Shown: positions 17,957 through 28,493, counted from the stretch's first letter. The stretch: 64,000 nt of DNA from Patescibacteria group bacterium (GCA_943355005.1 CALRDV010000002.1:397-64396); one strand, 5' to 3'. Notes: generated by a model not told the origin, from the letters alone. Numbers and translations: made by a program.

Positions 17957-19537
17957 ATGATTACAAAAAGTAGATCCTCCTTCGGTAGAATTCCGGCATC
18001 TCAGTTACGAACCATCTTAATTATTGTCGCCCTCGCCGTAGTCCTACCTCTCATAATATTAGCCGCTAAATATTCTCAAGATCTTCGCTCCAAAGCTTCT
18101 TACTCTTGTGTGGGCAAAGTCGATGATGTTGTCTACGATTCTCCTTGTCAAATTTCAGAAGAAGTTGAGGTTGGTCAGGGAGGAGGTAACCAAACTGGTG
18201 CTGAAGCAGGCTCTGGCAACTACCGTGTCACCAAGACGGGTACCGACCAGCCAAGAGTCAGTCCCATCATTGTCACCACATCACAGACAAACAGGATTGA
18301 TAGAATTACCAAAGGATACAAAGTTGCCGATATTAAATGTAAGGGTGGTTATACAGAAAAAATTACGAGCACCACGTGTTTGACCACCACTGCTCTTAGT
18401 GCCAAAGCTGTAAAGATTTGTAATGACCACGCCGTCTGTGACGAACCTGCTCCTGAATCATGTGGCAAAGAAATCAAGAAATACACCATGGGAGCAACCT
18501 GTCCAAATGTTTCTGATAACGGCGAAACAAAATACAAAACCATGAGCTTCACTTGTCTTGATGGTTTTTTCATGGACAATTATTCCTTAGGATCCGGCTC
18601 TTGTTCCACCTCAGAAGCACTTCTAAACTCAGCTGTAAAAGTATGTAAAGGACATCTCTTACAAACCAAAACTTTTGGAGCAAAGTGCACTTTACCTAAT
18701 ACCAATAGCGCTAGAATTGAAGTTGCTGCCAAATCCATTTCTTACACTTGTACCGATGGTTACAAATCTACCTATACACCAAGCATGTGCACATCTCAGT
18801 CTGCATTACTTGCCAAAGCCAATAGCGACTGCGGCTCCAGACTTACTTGTCCCGATACGTCACCGTCCCCCACATCACTTACCCCTAGAGCTACCAGCAC
18901 ACCTATGCCTCCTGTCACTGCAACTCCTAGTACTACACCCACCCCCACCTCAATATCTTGCAATACAATCACTGCAACCAGATACACCATTTCCGGCCCT
19001 TGTCCCCAATACCAGGACGACAGAAGTAATCTAATTTTCTATCACTGCGGTAATGAGTCTCAATCTAGAAGCTTCGGTAGTCCAGGACTGTGTTACACCA
19101 GAAGAAGTCTTATCGACAATGCCACACTTGAGTGTCGACGAACCTGCAATGCTTCAAATCCAACACCGACACCCACTGCCACAGCTACTCCGACAGCAAC
19201 TTCTACCCCACGAGTAGTAACGCTCACACCAGTAACAAATCAGTTACCGGTCTTGAAGACTGTTACGTTGTTCCACGGAAATGTAGGCAAAGCATACACA
19301 GTTAACGTTACAGCCTATGATCCAGATTCTGAGAACATGACCGTGGAATTCTCTTCATTGCCATTCGGCATTTACAATACAGGCTGTAGAGACGCTTCTG
19401 AGCCAGGGGCGATGGCAAGAATTAGCTGCAATCTCTCGGGCACACCCACAACTGAAGGCACTACCCAAATCATTGTTACACTTAAAGATGGTGTAAACGT
19501 TGTAAAAAAATCTCTTTATCTCGTAGTTGATCGATAG
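17957..19537 (+). CDS. Secreted/anchored Cys-rich repeat protein with PT linkers and C-terminal Ig-like domain
   Basis: TM followed by QDLRSKA; four repeats C..G......C.....L...A...C; TPTP linkers; C-terminal domain similar to that of 16394..16987. Confidence 0.8.
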   Translation: MITKSRSSFGRIPASQLRTILIIVALAVVLPLIILAAKYSQDLRSKASYSCVGKVDDVVYDSPCQISEEVEVGQGGGNQTGAEAGSGNYRVTKTGTDQPRVSPIIVTTSQTNRIDRITKGYKVADIKCKGGYTEKITSTTCLTTTALSAKAVKICNDHAVCDEPAPESCGKEIKKYTMGATCPNVSDNGETKYKTMSFTCLDGFFMDNYSLGSGSCSTSEALLNSAVKVCKGHLLQTKTFGAKCTLPNTNSARIEVAAKSISYTCTDGYKSTYTPSMCTSQSALLAKANSDCGSRLTCPDTSPSPTSLTPRATSTPMPPVTATPSTTPTPTSISCNTITATRYTISGPCPQYQDDRSNLIFYHCGNESQSRSFGSPGLCYTRRSLIDNATLECRRTCNASNPTPTPTATATPTATSTPRVVTLTPVTNQLPVLKTVTLFHGNVGKAYTVNVTAYDPDSENMTVEFSSLPFGIYNTGCRDASEPGAMARISCNLSGTPTTEGTTQIIVTLKDGVNVVKKSLYLVVDR

Positions 19538-19553
19538 AGATTATTCGATAGTA

Positions 19554-19596
19554 AATACACAAAAAAACTCTCCCGCGGGAGAGTTTTTTGTGTATT
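19554..19596. terminator. Bidirectional intrinsic terminator
   Basis: aatacacaaaaaaactctcccgcgggagagttttttgtgtatt. Confidence 0.85.
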
Positions 19597-19638
19597 CATG
19601 ATTGCCAAACTCTTAGGTGGGGGCAGAAATCACCAATA

Positions 19639-22086
19639 TCAGGCAACCACAAAGTTAATTGTTTTTCCTTTAATATAAATTATCTTTTTAATTTCTCCAG
19701 CCAATAAATATTTCTCCAATTTTTCAATCTTCTTAACTGTATCTACAACAGCTTCCTCAGAGGCATCATTCTCCACTTCTATTGTCTCTCTCATTTTTCC
19801 ATTTATTTGGACAGAAATAGTTATCACATCGGTCATCAAATATTTTTCCTCAAATTTCGGAAATTCTTGAGCATGGACACTAAACTCTCCACCCAATAAA
19901 TTCCAAAGTTCTTCTGTTACAAAAGGAGCAAACGGAGCCAGCACCTTTACGACTCTGCCCAAATCTTCACTGCTTACCTCCGCTCCACTACGAAGCAACG
20001 CGTTTGTTGTCTCCATTAGTTTCGCAATTACTGTGTTGAACTTAAATTGAGACAAATCTTCTCCAGCACCTTTTATTAATTTATGAATCAACCTGGAACT
20101 CTCCAAGTCGGTAACCACATACTTTCCGGCGTTCTCAGTCACAAGCCTAAATATTTTCTCGATAAATCTTCTAACGCCCACCAGTGATCTTTCATTCCAC
20201 GCCATAGTCGAATCAAATGGTCCCATAAACATCATGTAGGTCCTCAGGACGTCCGCTCCGTAGGTTTCGGCCACTACATCGGGTACGATTACATTCCCCT
20301 TACTTTTACTCATTCTGTTGCCATCTGGTCCCAGCAGTACCCCATGAGACAGTCTCTTTTTATATGGCTCAGGATAAATTTTTGGCACCACCCCCAAGTC
20401 CCACAAGAACTGATAGATAAATCTTGAATAAAGTAAATGCAAAGTGTTATGTTCATCTCCACCCACATAGACATCCACCGGCATCCAGTACTCCATTTTT
20501 TCTTGACTGGCTAACATTTCTCTATTTTTTGGGTCACAATATCGAAGAAAATACCAGTCACTTCCGGCCCAGTTTGGCATCGTGTCGGTTTCTCTTTTTG
20601 CTTTTCCACCACAATTCGGACAAGTCGTCTCGACCCATTCTTTTATATTGGCGAGTGGTGACTCTCCTGTGTCGGTCGGCTGGTACTTCTCGACCTCCGG
20701 CAAAACCACTGGCAAATCTTTTTCTGGAACTGGTATCCACGACCCTGTCATTCCGGGCTTGACCCGGAATCCATCCCCCTCCGGTACACAATTCTCACAC
20801 CAGATCATCGGAATGGGCTCCCCCCAATAATGCTGTCTAGAAAAAATCCAATCCCTTAAGTGGTATGTCACTGCTTTTTCTCCAAAGCCCTTTTCTTCTA
20901 TAAGACTGATTATCAAATCATCCGGCACAAATTCAGAATCTATCGGCAAATTATATTTATCGGCAAAAGCCTTATCCCTATCATCGTGTGCTGGCACCGC
21001 CATAATCGCTCCGGTTCCGTAACCCATGAGAACATAATCACTTATCCAAATTGGAATTTCTTTATTGTTAAGCGGATTTACGGCATAAATTCCCGTAAAG
21101 ACGCCTGTCTTCGCTCTGGTGTCATCAGTTCGCTCAATCTCACTCCTCCCCTTCACCTCATCAAGGTATCTTTTAATGTCATTCCTGGCTTGACCAGGAA
21201 TCCATCCAATTAATTCCGAATTCTCCATCAAATGCTTCACCATCGGATGCTCCGGAGCCAATACCAAGAAAGTTGCCCCCGGTAAAGTATCCGGTCTCGA
21301 AGTAAACACCTCAAGAATATCAGTTTCACTCTTCCTCCCTGTCATTCCGGGCTTGACCCGGAATCCATCTGGAGTTTTTATTTCAAATTTTATCTTTGCC
21401 CCCTCTTTCTTCCCTATCCAATTAACCTGTGCCGCCTTAACTTTTTCGATAAAATCAGTATCTTTCAAACCTTCGAGCAATCGATCTGCATAATCCGTGA
21501 TTTTCACTACCCATTGTGAGATAGTTCTCTTTTCCGTTTCAGATCCGCATCTTTCACATTTACCATCAATCACCTCTTCATTAGCCAAACCAATTTTATC
21601 TTTGGGGCACCAATTAATCGGCATCTCTTCTTTATGAGCCAATCCTTTTTCAAAAAGTTTTACAAATATCCATTGCGTCCATTTGTAGTAGTCCGGCATT
21701 GTTGAGTTCACTTCTCTATCCCAATCAAAAGAAAATCCCAGTTTCCTCATCTGCATCCGGAAATTGTCAGTCACTTCTTTGGTTATTTCTTTTGGATTTT
21801 TTCCGCTCTTTATCGCATAGTTCTCCGTTGGAAGCCCGAATGCGTCCCATCCCATGGGGAACATCACATTTTTTCCCATCATCCTTTGGTATCGGGCATA
21901 GACATCGGCTCCAGTCATAGCAAACCCATGTCCCACATGTAGCCCGCTTCCGGATGGATAAGGAAACTCGGTCAGCATATAGAATTTTTGTTTATCTGCT
22001 TCAAAGTCCAGACCTTTATAGCCGGCAAAACCGTCATACTTACCTATCCACTTCTTCTCAATTTCCTTAAAATCATAGCTTGCCAT
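19639..22086 (-). CDS. leuS: Leucine--tRNA ligase
   Basis: FPYPSGSGLHVGH, GWDAFGLP, TSRPDT, GTGAIMAVPAHD, RMSKSKGN; start MASYDF at 22086. Confidence 0.99.
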   Translation of the reverse strand: MASYDFKEIEKKWIGKYDGFAGYKGLDFEADKQKFYMLTEFPYPSGSGLHVGHGFAMTGADVYARYQRMMGKNVMFPMGWDAFGLPTENYAIKSGKNPKEITKEVTDNFRMQMRKLGFSFDWDREVNSTMPDYYKWTQWIFVKLFEKGLAHKEEMPINWCPKDKIGLANEEVIDGKCERCGSETEKRTISQWVVKITDYADRLLEGLKDTDFIEKVKAAQVNWIGKKEGAKIKFEIKTPDGFRVKPGMTGRKSETDILEVFTSRPDTLPGATFLVLAPEHPMVKHLMENSELIGWIPGQARNDIKRYLDEVKGRSEIERTDDTRAKTGVFTGIYAVNPLNNKEIPIWISDYVLMGYGTGAIMAVPAHDDRDKAFADKYNLPIDSEFVPDDLIISLIEEKGFGEKAVTYHLRDWIFSRQHYWGEPIPMIWCENCVPEGDGFRVKPGMTGSWIPVPEKDLPVVLPEVEKYQPTDTGESPLANIKEWVETTCPNCGGKAKRETDTMPNWAGSDWYFLRYCDPKNREMLASQEKMEYWMPVDVYVGGDEHNTLHLLYSRFIYQFLWDLGVVPKIYPEPYKKRLSHGVLLGPDGNRMSKSKGNVIVPDVVAETYGADVLRTYMMFMGPFDSTMAWNERSLVGVRRFIEKIFRLVTENAGKYVVTDLESSRLIHKLIKGAGEDLSQFKFNTVIAKLMETTNALLRSGAEVSSEDLGRVVKVLAPFAPFVTEELWNLLGGEFSVHAQEFPKFEEKYLMTDVITISVQINGKMRETIEVENDASEEAVVDTVKKIEKLEKYLLAGEIKKIIYIKGKTINFVVA
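20747..20773 (+). repeat. Palindromic element in frame in leuS (GFRVKPGMT)
   Basis: gtcattccgggcttgacccggaatcca. Confidence 0.92.
21178..21204 (+). repeat. Palindromic element in frame in leuS (WIPGQARND)
   Basis: gtcattcctggcttgaccaggaatcca, identical to the intergenic copy at 31712. Confidence 0.92.
21341..21367 (+). repeat. Palindromic element in frame in leuS (GFRVKPGMT)
   Basis: gtcattccgggcttgacccggaatcca, identical to 20747. Confidence 0.92.
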
Positions 22087-22113
22087 ACGCATAATTTTAA
22101 CACCCTCCATATC

Positions 22114-22147
22114 GTCATTGCGAGGAGGTACTCCGACGTGGCAATCT
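22114..22147 (+). repeat. Palindromic element, intergenic
   Basis: gtcattgcgaggaggtactccgacgtggcaatct. Confidence 0.85.
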
Positions 22148-22175
22148 ACCGGCTCAACACACTATAATTACCTCA

Positions 22176-22931
22176 ATGCAAACAGTCATAGATGGAATTC
22201 TTACGAACTATGAAGTTTTCAATCCAAAGGCCAAGAGCACCCTTGTTATCCTTCATGGCTGGGGTTCATCCCTTCAGTTTTGGGTTCCCATAGCGAAAGA
22301 TCTACATCCAAATTTCAAGATTGTCCTCCTCGACCTTCCCAGTTTTGGAGCTACTTCTCCTTTGCTGGGTGACCCCAATATTCCGGACTATACTAACTTT
22401 GTTCATAGTTTTATAAAAAAAATAGAAATAGTGAAGTGCACTTTGGCAGGACACTCCTTCGGTGGTCAAATTACTTTAGATTACGCACTCAAATTCCCTG
22501 ACACCCTAGAGTCTATAATTCTTATTTCTCCTGCTGTTGTGAGAGAGAGGTCTAAAGAAGCTAAATTAAAGATTCAATTAGCCAAAATTCTAAGACCAAT
22601 TTTTTCAATCTTGCCCAGACACAGTTTTGAAAAATTTTTAGGCTGGTACACTCCCAGAGATTACAGCGATTCCACAGAATACCAAAGAGGTGTATTAAAA
22701 AAAATCGTTATTTACGACCTAAAACCTCATTTGATACGAGTAACTGTTCCTACCGATATCATCTGGGGTAGTGAGGACTTCGTCATTCCTTACATGGGAA
22801 AATACCTCGCCGAAAATATTAAAAACAGCAAGCTTCACGTAATTTACGGCGCTAACCATCTTCTATATCTAAGTCATCCTAAAAAATTAATTGAAATACT
22901 TAACGGAATATTGGAAAGAATCTATGCTTAA
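22176..22931 (+). CDS. Alpha/beta hydrolase
   Basis: LHGWG, DLPSFG, GHSFGG nucleophile elbow, WGSED, ANH. Confidence 0.92.
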   Translation: MQTVIDGILTNYEVFNPKAKSTLVILHGWGSSLQFWVPIAKDLHPNFKIVLLDLPSFGATSPLLGDPNIPDYTNFVHSFIKKIEIVKCTLAGHSFGGQITLDYALKFPDTLESIILISPAVVRERSKEAKLKIQLAKILRPIFSILPRHSFEKFLGWYTPRDYSDSTEYQRGVLKKIVIYDLKPHLIRVTVPTDIIWGSEDFVIPYMGKYLAENIKNSKLHVIYGANHLLYLSHPKKLIEILNGILERIYA

Positions 22932-24315
22932 TCCGATAAAGTCACACATAACTATCCTTCAGCAAGAGGGTTACTCCACCACCCGCTTTCTTAAATGGTG
23001 GATTCGTCATCCCTTTACCTACATGATCTCGACCAAGAAACCCTTAGTTTACACTCCAAAAGTCAAAAGATTGATAAATCTCTCCTATATTATCTTTGGT
23101 TCTTTGTTAATATTCTCCACTCTAAACAAAATATTATTTGTTACACCAATTTCATTACTTATATTTTTAGTCGAACCTTTTATTTTTATTTTTGTCGCAA
23201 TTATAGTCATCACACCGTTCGAGAAGATTCATCGTAGAAGAACTATCCGCAGAATCCGTAAGGAAATTCTTGCAAACCAAAATTTGAACGTTATTGGTAT
23301 CACCGGTTCTTTTGGTAAAACTTCAGTAAAGGATTTTCTATTCACGATTCTATACAGCTATCAAGAAACCCTAAAAACTCCTGAGAGCTACAACACTATT
23401 TTTGGTATTGCCAAGGTTGTGGACTTTGAATTACTAAAGAGAACCAAAATTTTTATCTGTGAAATGGGCGCTTATATTCGTGGTGAGATCGCCGAACTTT
23501 GTCGTATCGTTCCTCCTAAGTATGCCATCCTCACTGCCATCGGTACCCAGCATCTCGAACGGTTTAAATCTCTAAAGAACACCACTCTTGCCAAATTCGA
23601 ATTAATTGACTCCGTCGACCCTAGTCATGCCTTGGTCAATCTTGATAATTCGTTTATAGCCGACCGCCTTACGGACCCCAAATATCACAGCGTCAAAACT
23701 TACTCTCTTTTTAATCCCAAAGCAGATTTCTTTGTTGAGAAATACTCTCTTTCTCCTCAAGGTCTGAGTTTCACCCTGGTTCACAAAGATTTATCCTATT
23801 CCTATACCTCTACTCTCTTTGGCACCAGTAATCTTTACAATCTCGCGGCAGCCATTTCCATGGCCATGATGCTAAAAGTCCCGAAAGCAATTATTTCTAA
23901 TCAGGTTGCCAAAATCTCTTCTTCCCCTCACCGTCTGGAATTAAAAAAGATAAACAAAGCTACGTTAATCGACAATGCTTTTTCCAGCAATGAAGAAGGA
24001 TATGCTACTTTGATAAATGATCTCTCCAAACTCCCGGGCAAAAAAGTCCTTATTACACCGGGCATTGTCGAACTGGGTATCTGTACCGTCGAAGTTCACC
24101 AAAAGCTTGGTCAACTTTCCTCTTCGGTCTTCGATAAATTTATTCTGGTCGGCAAATCTCTCCGCACTCTCAGTTTTGAGCAAGGCCTTAACTCCTCACC
24201 AAATAAATCCGTCACCTACACCTCCAACTCCACCAATCTCTGGCCCCTCATAGAAGAATTATCCAACGACTACGACTGGATCCTCCTCGAAAACGACCTC
24301 CCCGACACCTTTTAA
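22924..24315 (+). CDS. murF: Mur ligase, MurF-like
   Basis: GITGSFGKTSVK, SYNT, EMGA, QHLERF, HRLE, LIDNAFSSN, LLENDLPD. Confidence 0.85.
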   Translation: MLNPIKSHITILQQEGYSTTRFLKWWIRHPFTYMISTKKPLVYTPKVKRLINLSYIIFGSLLIFSTLNKILFVTPISLLIFLVEPFIFIFVAIIVITPFEKIHRRRTIRRIRKEILANQNLNVIGITGSFGKTSVKDFLFTILYSYQETLKTPESYNTIFGIAKVVDFELLKRTKIFICEMGAYIRGEIAELCRIVPPKYAILTAIGTQHLERFKSLKNTTLAKFELIDSVDPSHALVNLDNSFIADRLTDPKYHSVKTYSLFNPKADFFVEKYSLSPQGLSFTLVHKDLSYSYTSTLFGTSNLYNLAAAISMAMMLKVPKAIISNQVAKISSSPHRLELKKINKATLIDNAFSSNEEGYATLINDLSKLPGKKVLITPGIVELGICTVEVHQKLGQLSSSVFDKFILVGKSLRTLSFEQGLNSSPNKSVTYTSNSTNLWPLIEELSNDYDWILLENDLPDTF

Positions 24316-25460
24316 ACCTTTCCACCTTTCAGTCCTTTATTTGCAAACCCCGACAAAATATTACTTTCAAAGGTACTAATCAGTTTCTTCTTGCTTTCTT
24401 TTTCCTCAATAGCTAGCTCCACCAGCTTTGTCACCAAGTCTTTAAACTTCACCCCACTCGCTTCCCAAAGAAAAAAGGCTAGCGATCCTGGCATGGTATT
24501 TATTTCATTAAAGTAGATCTTCCCTGTTTTAGAAACCATAAAGTCCACACGGGCAATTCCCTTTCCTCCAATAGTCCGGAAAAAATCTTCAGCCTGTTTC
24601 TGAATTTTATTTATCACGTTTTTACTTTGTTTCGCGGGGATTAATCTTTGAGCTCCTGCCATCCCCTGTTGTTTTTTTTGACCTTCATATTTATCGGAGA
24701 AAGAAAGTACTTCCCCACTCGCCACCGGCTGTTCTGTGACGGAAATTGTATAAGGACCATTCCCCATGATAGAAATATTTACCTCGGCAAAATCTTTCAA
24801 ACCCTCTTCAATCATCACCCGGTTGTCATAGCAAAAAGCCACTTCGAGAGCGTCCTCCAAATCTTTTTCTTTATTTACTCTAGCTAGTCCAATACTGGAT
24901 CCAAGACCAACAGGCTTGATCATCACTGGATATTTAATTTTCTTTTTATCTTCCTTAGTTATTTTTTTGTCTTTTGTCACTAGTACATCGCCGAGTACCT
25001 CAATCCCAATCGACTTCGCTATTTTCTTGGCCAAGTATTTATCAATCTTCACCCCACTTGCGGTCACCCCGCACCCAACATAAGGAATACCATTCATCTC
25101 AAGAAGCCCTTGTAAAGTTCCATCCTCACCCCCATGTCCATGAATCACCGGGAATATTACTTCAGGCTGATTACCGGCGTCTCGATACCCGAACAATCCT
25201 TTGACCATCAGTCTTCCACCCCGTTCAGGAGACAGAAAAGCTTCTTTTCCTATTAGCGTTAGTTTCTTCAAATTCTTATAGCTCTCAGGTCTCATAAATT
25301 TTGCATTCCCCAGAAACCACTTCCCTGTTTTCGCAATGTAAAGTGGCATTACTTCATAGCCGGCTTCCTTCAGGGCATTCATCACCTGCAGTGCGGTGAC
25401 TACCGCCACATCATGCTCCGGACTTACTCCTCCATAGATTACTCCAATTTTTGTCATCAT
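24312..25460 (-). CDS. ddl: D-alanine--D-alanine ligase
   Basis: GGVSPEHDV, HGHGGEDGTLQG, GSSIG, RVDF, NEINTMPGS. Confidence 0.95.
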   Translation of the reverse strand: MMTKIGVIYGGVSPEHDVAVVTALQVMNALKEAGYEVMPLYIAKTGKWFLGNAKFMRPESYKNLKKLTLIGKEAFLSPERGGRLMVKGLFGYRDAGNQPEVIFPVIHGHGGEDGTLQGLLEMNGIPYVGCGVTASGVKIDKYLAKKIAKSIGIEVLGDVLVTKDKKITKEDKKKIKYPVMIKPVGLGSSIGLARVNKEKDLEDALEVAFCYDNRVMIEEGLKDFAEVNISIMGNGPYTISVTEQPVASGEVLSFSDKYEGQKKQQGMAGAQRLIPAKQSKNVINKIQKQAEDFFRTIGGKGIARVDFMVSKTGKIYFNEINTMPGSLAFFLWEASGVKFKDLVTKLVELAIEEKESKKKLISTFESNILSGFANKGLKGGKV

Positions 25461-25466
25461 ATTATT

Positions 25467-26087
25467 TTATTCTATTAACATTCCTCTGCCGGCGAAAAAC
25501 CTTTTAAAGTCTTTTTCGGAGATCTCGAAGTTCTCCTGAGACTTTTTGTAGAAACCAGAAGGGTTATGTAAAAACAAAGACTTCTTTTCATCATCAAACC
25601 CGGTTATCAGCACGAGGTGTCCACCCTTCTTTTCTGTCAGTTCCTCTTTTTCCCGAATCGAGTGATGCACCGAAACAATAAAATAATTTCCTTTTTGTAC
25701 TTCTTTTTTGATTTTTCCGATTGTCAAAAAACGCCTCATCACCCTTGCTTTAATTCCAAAGTCTTTATCCAAAAATTTAACAAACGGGTCATAAAATAGC
25801 CCGTCAACTTTACTTCCATTTGGTTTGTATCCACCATATTTCTCACAATCTTTTGCCAGTGCTATTGTTTTATATTCCTTTTCAAATTTATCAGCAAGAA
25901 TCATTTTCAAACATGCCATACCACAGATATTCCAGCTCCACAATTCATACTCTTTCAAATTTTTCGCCCCAGACTGTTTCCATTTAGGGTCTTTCTTGGC
26001 CGATATTTTTCCTACAACGATATCCTTGACTAATTCCTGACTTTCCCATTGTGAATAATATGGAATTATTCTTAAAATCTTAGTCAT
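25467..26087 (-). CDS. C39-like (papain-fold) cysteine peptidase
   Basis: PYYSQ, CGMACLKM, GHLVLITG, HNP. Confidence 0.8.
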   Translation of the reverse strand: MTKILRIIPYYSQWESQELVKDIVVGKISAKKDPKWKQSGAKNLKEYELWSWNICGMACLKMILADKFEKEYKTIALAKDCEKYGGYKPNGSKVDGLFYDPFVKFLDKDFGIKARVMRRFLTIGKIKKEVQKGNYFIVSVHHSIREKEELTEKKGGHLVLITGFDDEKKSLFLHNPSGFYKKSQENFEISEKDFKRFFAGRGMLIE

Positions 26088-27396
26088 CTACTCTTTCAAT
26101 AATTGCCCCAAGACTGGTATAAGTTTCAAAGACGTTTGGATATCTTCTTCGAAGAATATCCACTCCATGAATCTCGGTTGTCACAGGATCAGCGAGTGCC
26201 GCAATAAAGATTGCTTTACAAGCTTGAATTACACCAGGAGAAACTACCACACCGCCTCTAAACTTCACCGGACCAGTCACAATCACTCTTTCTGGATCTG
26301 AAACAAAGATATCGGCTCCCATGGCATTTAGTTCCCTCACAAACTCCAATCCAGATTCATACATCCAGTTTTTAAGCAATAGCCTCCCTTTTGTTTTACT
26401 GGCCAATACTGCCATTACAGGGATCGCGTCCACCGGGAAACCTGGCCAAGGTCTAGGATAAAGTTTTGGTAGTCCGGGAGCAGCCAAAGGCACCCCTGAA
26501 TTCACCGTATCAATTTCTAGTTCCCCGTTTCTACTAACAATTAAATCCAATCCATCTCGTTCCACTTTTACATTAAATATTTCAAACCAGTTAATCATGC
26601 CGTTTACAATTTCCGGCACATTGGCTCCCCGGATTCGAATTTTTCCATCAGTCACCGCCGCCGCTACCATGAGTCCGGCAATATCCACAAAGTCCGGACC
26701 AGGTTCATAAATCGCACCTTTTAGTTTTTTATTTCCATGAATGGTTACTTTATTCGAGCTTATTCCCTCTATTTCTGCTCCCATATTTTTTAGCATCCTC
26801 AAGAGTTCATTTACATGCGGTTCGCAAGCTGCATCGGTAATTACAAACTCAGCACCTGTCCCGGCTGCATACATCATTAAGTTTTCAGAGGCGGTAACAC
26901 TAGCTTCCAGTTGCCATATATCAAATGATTTTGCCGATTTTTTAGGAGCCGTAAATTTCACAAAGCCATCGGTATATTTAAACTCAACTCCGGCTTTATT
27001 AAAAGAATCTAGGTGAGCAGAAATAGACCTCATCCCCAAATCACATCCTCCTGGCACAGGAATTTCTGCAACCCCAAATCGAGCAAGTAGTGGTCCGGCA
27101 AACATAAGAGAAGCTCGGAACTGTCCACCAAGTACTTGATCTACCTTGTGAGAATTTACTTTCGCACAAGTTATTTTTATCTCCCCCGTCACGCTCTGAT
27201 CTATCTCCGCACCAAGCAATCTTAATATCTGAAGAATCTTTGTCACATCACTTGTGCCGGGGACATTTTTATAAGTCACCGTTTCATTGGTAAGAATTGA
27301 AGCAGGCAGTACTGCCACCAGTGAGTTCTTATTTGGAATTGGTGTTACGGTTCCTTCGAGCTTTCTCCCTCCGGTTATTTTAAGTACTCCATTCAT
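26080..27396 (-). CDS. murA: UDP-N-acetylglucosamine 1-carboxyvinyltransferase
   Basis: KNS, RASLMFAGPLL, PGGCDLGMR, SVTASEN, PWPGFPVD. Confidence 0.95.
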   Translation of the reverse strand: MNGVLKITGGRKLEGTVTPIPNKNSLVAVLPASILTNETVTYKNVPGTSDVTKILQILRLLGAEIDQSVTGEIKITCAKVNSHKVDQVLGGQFRASLMFAGPLLARFGVAEIPVPGGCDLGMRSISAHLDSFNKAGVEFKYTDGFVKFTAPKKSAKSFDIWQLEASVTASENLMMYAAGTGAEFVITDAACEPHVNELLRMLKNMGAEIEGISSNKVTIHGNKKLKGAIYEPGPDFVDIAGLMVAAAVTDGKIRIRGANVPEIVNGMINWFEIFNVKVERDGLDLIVSRNGELEIDTVNSGVPLAAPGLPKLYPRPWPGFPVDAIPVMAVLASKTKGRLLLKNWMYESGLEFVRELNAMGADIFVSDPERVIVTGPVKFRGGVVVSPGVIQACKAIFIAALADPVTTEIHGVDILRRRYPNVFETYTSLGAIIERVDD

Positions 27397-27414
27397 AAAA
27401 TTTAATTAATCAAA

Positions 27415-28479
27415 TTAATAATTAAAGTCACCCATATAGATTATCTCGTCCGCTAATTCTACTCCTACAGTTTCTCTAGCCCGCTTTACTATCTCATTTC
27501 TCACGGCCAAGTAATCCTTTGCGGTCGCCGCACCAGTATTAACGATAAAGTTATGGTGTTCAGAGCTTATCATCGCTCCACCCACGTTGAAGCCTGTCAT
27601 ATTTAGAATATGCTCTACTATATATCCGGTGGCAGTCGTCGGATATCCAAGTATCTCTTTCGCCGATTCGGAAATATTTTTAAACACACACCCGGCCGAG
27701 TTTACCGGCTGGCATGACTTTCTTTTTCGCCACTCCTCTGCCACATATCTAGCCCTGTCTAAGTCTCCCTTCTTTAAAGACAAAACCACTTCCAAGACTA
27801 TCTCTCCGGTTTTTTGTATTCTCGATTTATCATATTCAAATCTCATACTCTTGGCGGGAATTTTCAAAACATCTCCTTGCTTGGTAAGAACCACTACACT
27901 GGAGACTATTTCTGAGAATACATGGCTTCCTCCGTGAATATTATTAAATACAGCCCCTCCCAAGGTACCGGGGATTCGGCTATACCACTGCAATCCGGAT
28001 ACTCCGATATCAAACATTTGCATCATGGCCACCTGAAGATTTACCCCACTATCTATTGCCACCTCAATATCCGGATATTCACTTTCGTCATAATTTAAAT
28101 CACCAAAGTCATACTTCATTGTTCCTTCCTTTGCCGCCATCCACCTCGCCTCCCCAACGACTTCGTCATTGCGAGCGTACTCGCGTGGCAATCTACCTGC
28201 ATCAGACTTTATTTCTATTTTTCCCCCTTTATTTTTTATCACCAATCCTCGAATTCCCAAGTCACTTACCAGAACATTACTTCCTCCACCTATTACTGTC
28301 ACCGGCACTCCGAATGTTCTAGCCAGTCTGACCGCTTTAATTAATTCTCCTGAATTGGTGGATTCGTAAAAATAATCGGCCGGCCCTCCGATTCTAAGGG
28401 TTGTGTGAGAAGACAAGGGCTCGTTCAGTCTCACCCTTTCCTCACCCAAGCTCTTGATTAGTCCGTCTACATTACTCAA
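27415..28479 (-). CDS. murB: UDP-N-acetylenolpyruvoylglucosamine reductase
   Basis: HTTLRIGGPAD, GGGSNVL, IPGTLGGA, SAGCVFKN, HHNFIVN. Confidence 0.95.
   Translation of the reverse strand: MSNVDGLIKSLGEERVRLNEPLSSHTTLRIGGPADYFYESTNSGELIKAVRLARTFGVPVTVIGGGSNVLVSDLGIRGLVIKNKGGKIEIKSDAGRLPREYARNDEVVGEARWMAAKEGTMKYDFGDLNYDESEYPDIEVAIDSGVNLQVAMMQMFDIGVSGLQWYSRIPGTLGGAVFNNIHGGSHVFSEIVSSVVVLTKQGDVLKIPAKSMRFEYDKSRIQKTGEIVLEVVLSLKKGDLDRARYVAEEWRKRKSCQPVNSAGCVFKNISESAKEILGYPTTATGYIVEHILNMTGFNVGGAMISSEHHNFIVNTGAATAKDYLAVRNEIVKRARETVGVELADEIIYMGDFNY
28165..28194 (+). repeat. Palindromic element in frame in murB (RLPREYARND)
   Basis: gtcattgcgagcgtactcgcgtggcaatct. Confidence 0.88.
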
Positions 28480-28493
28480 GCAATCTTATTCTA

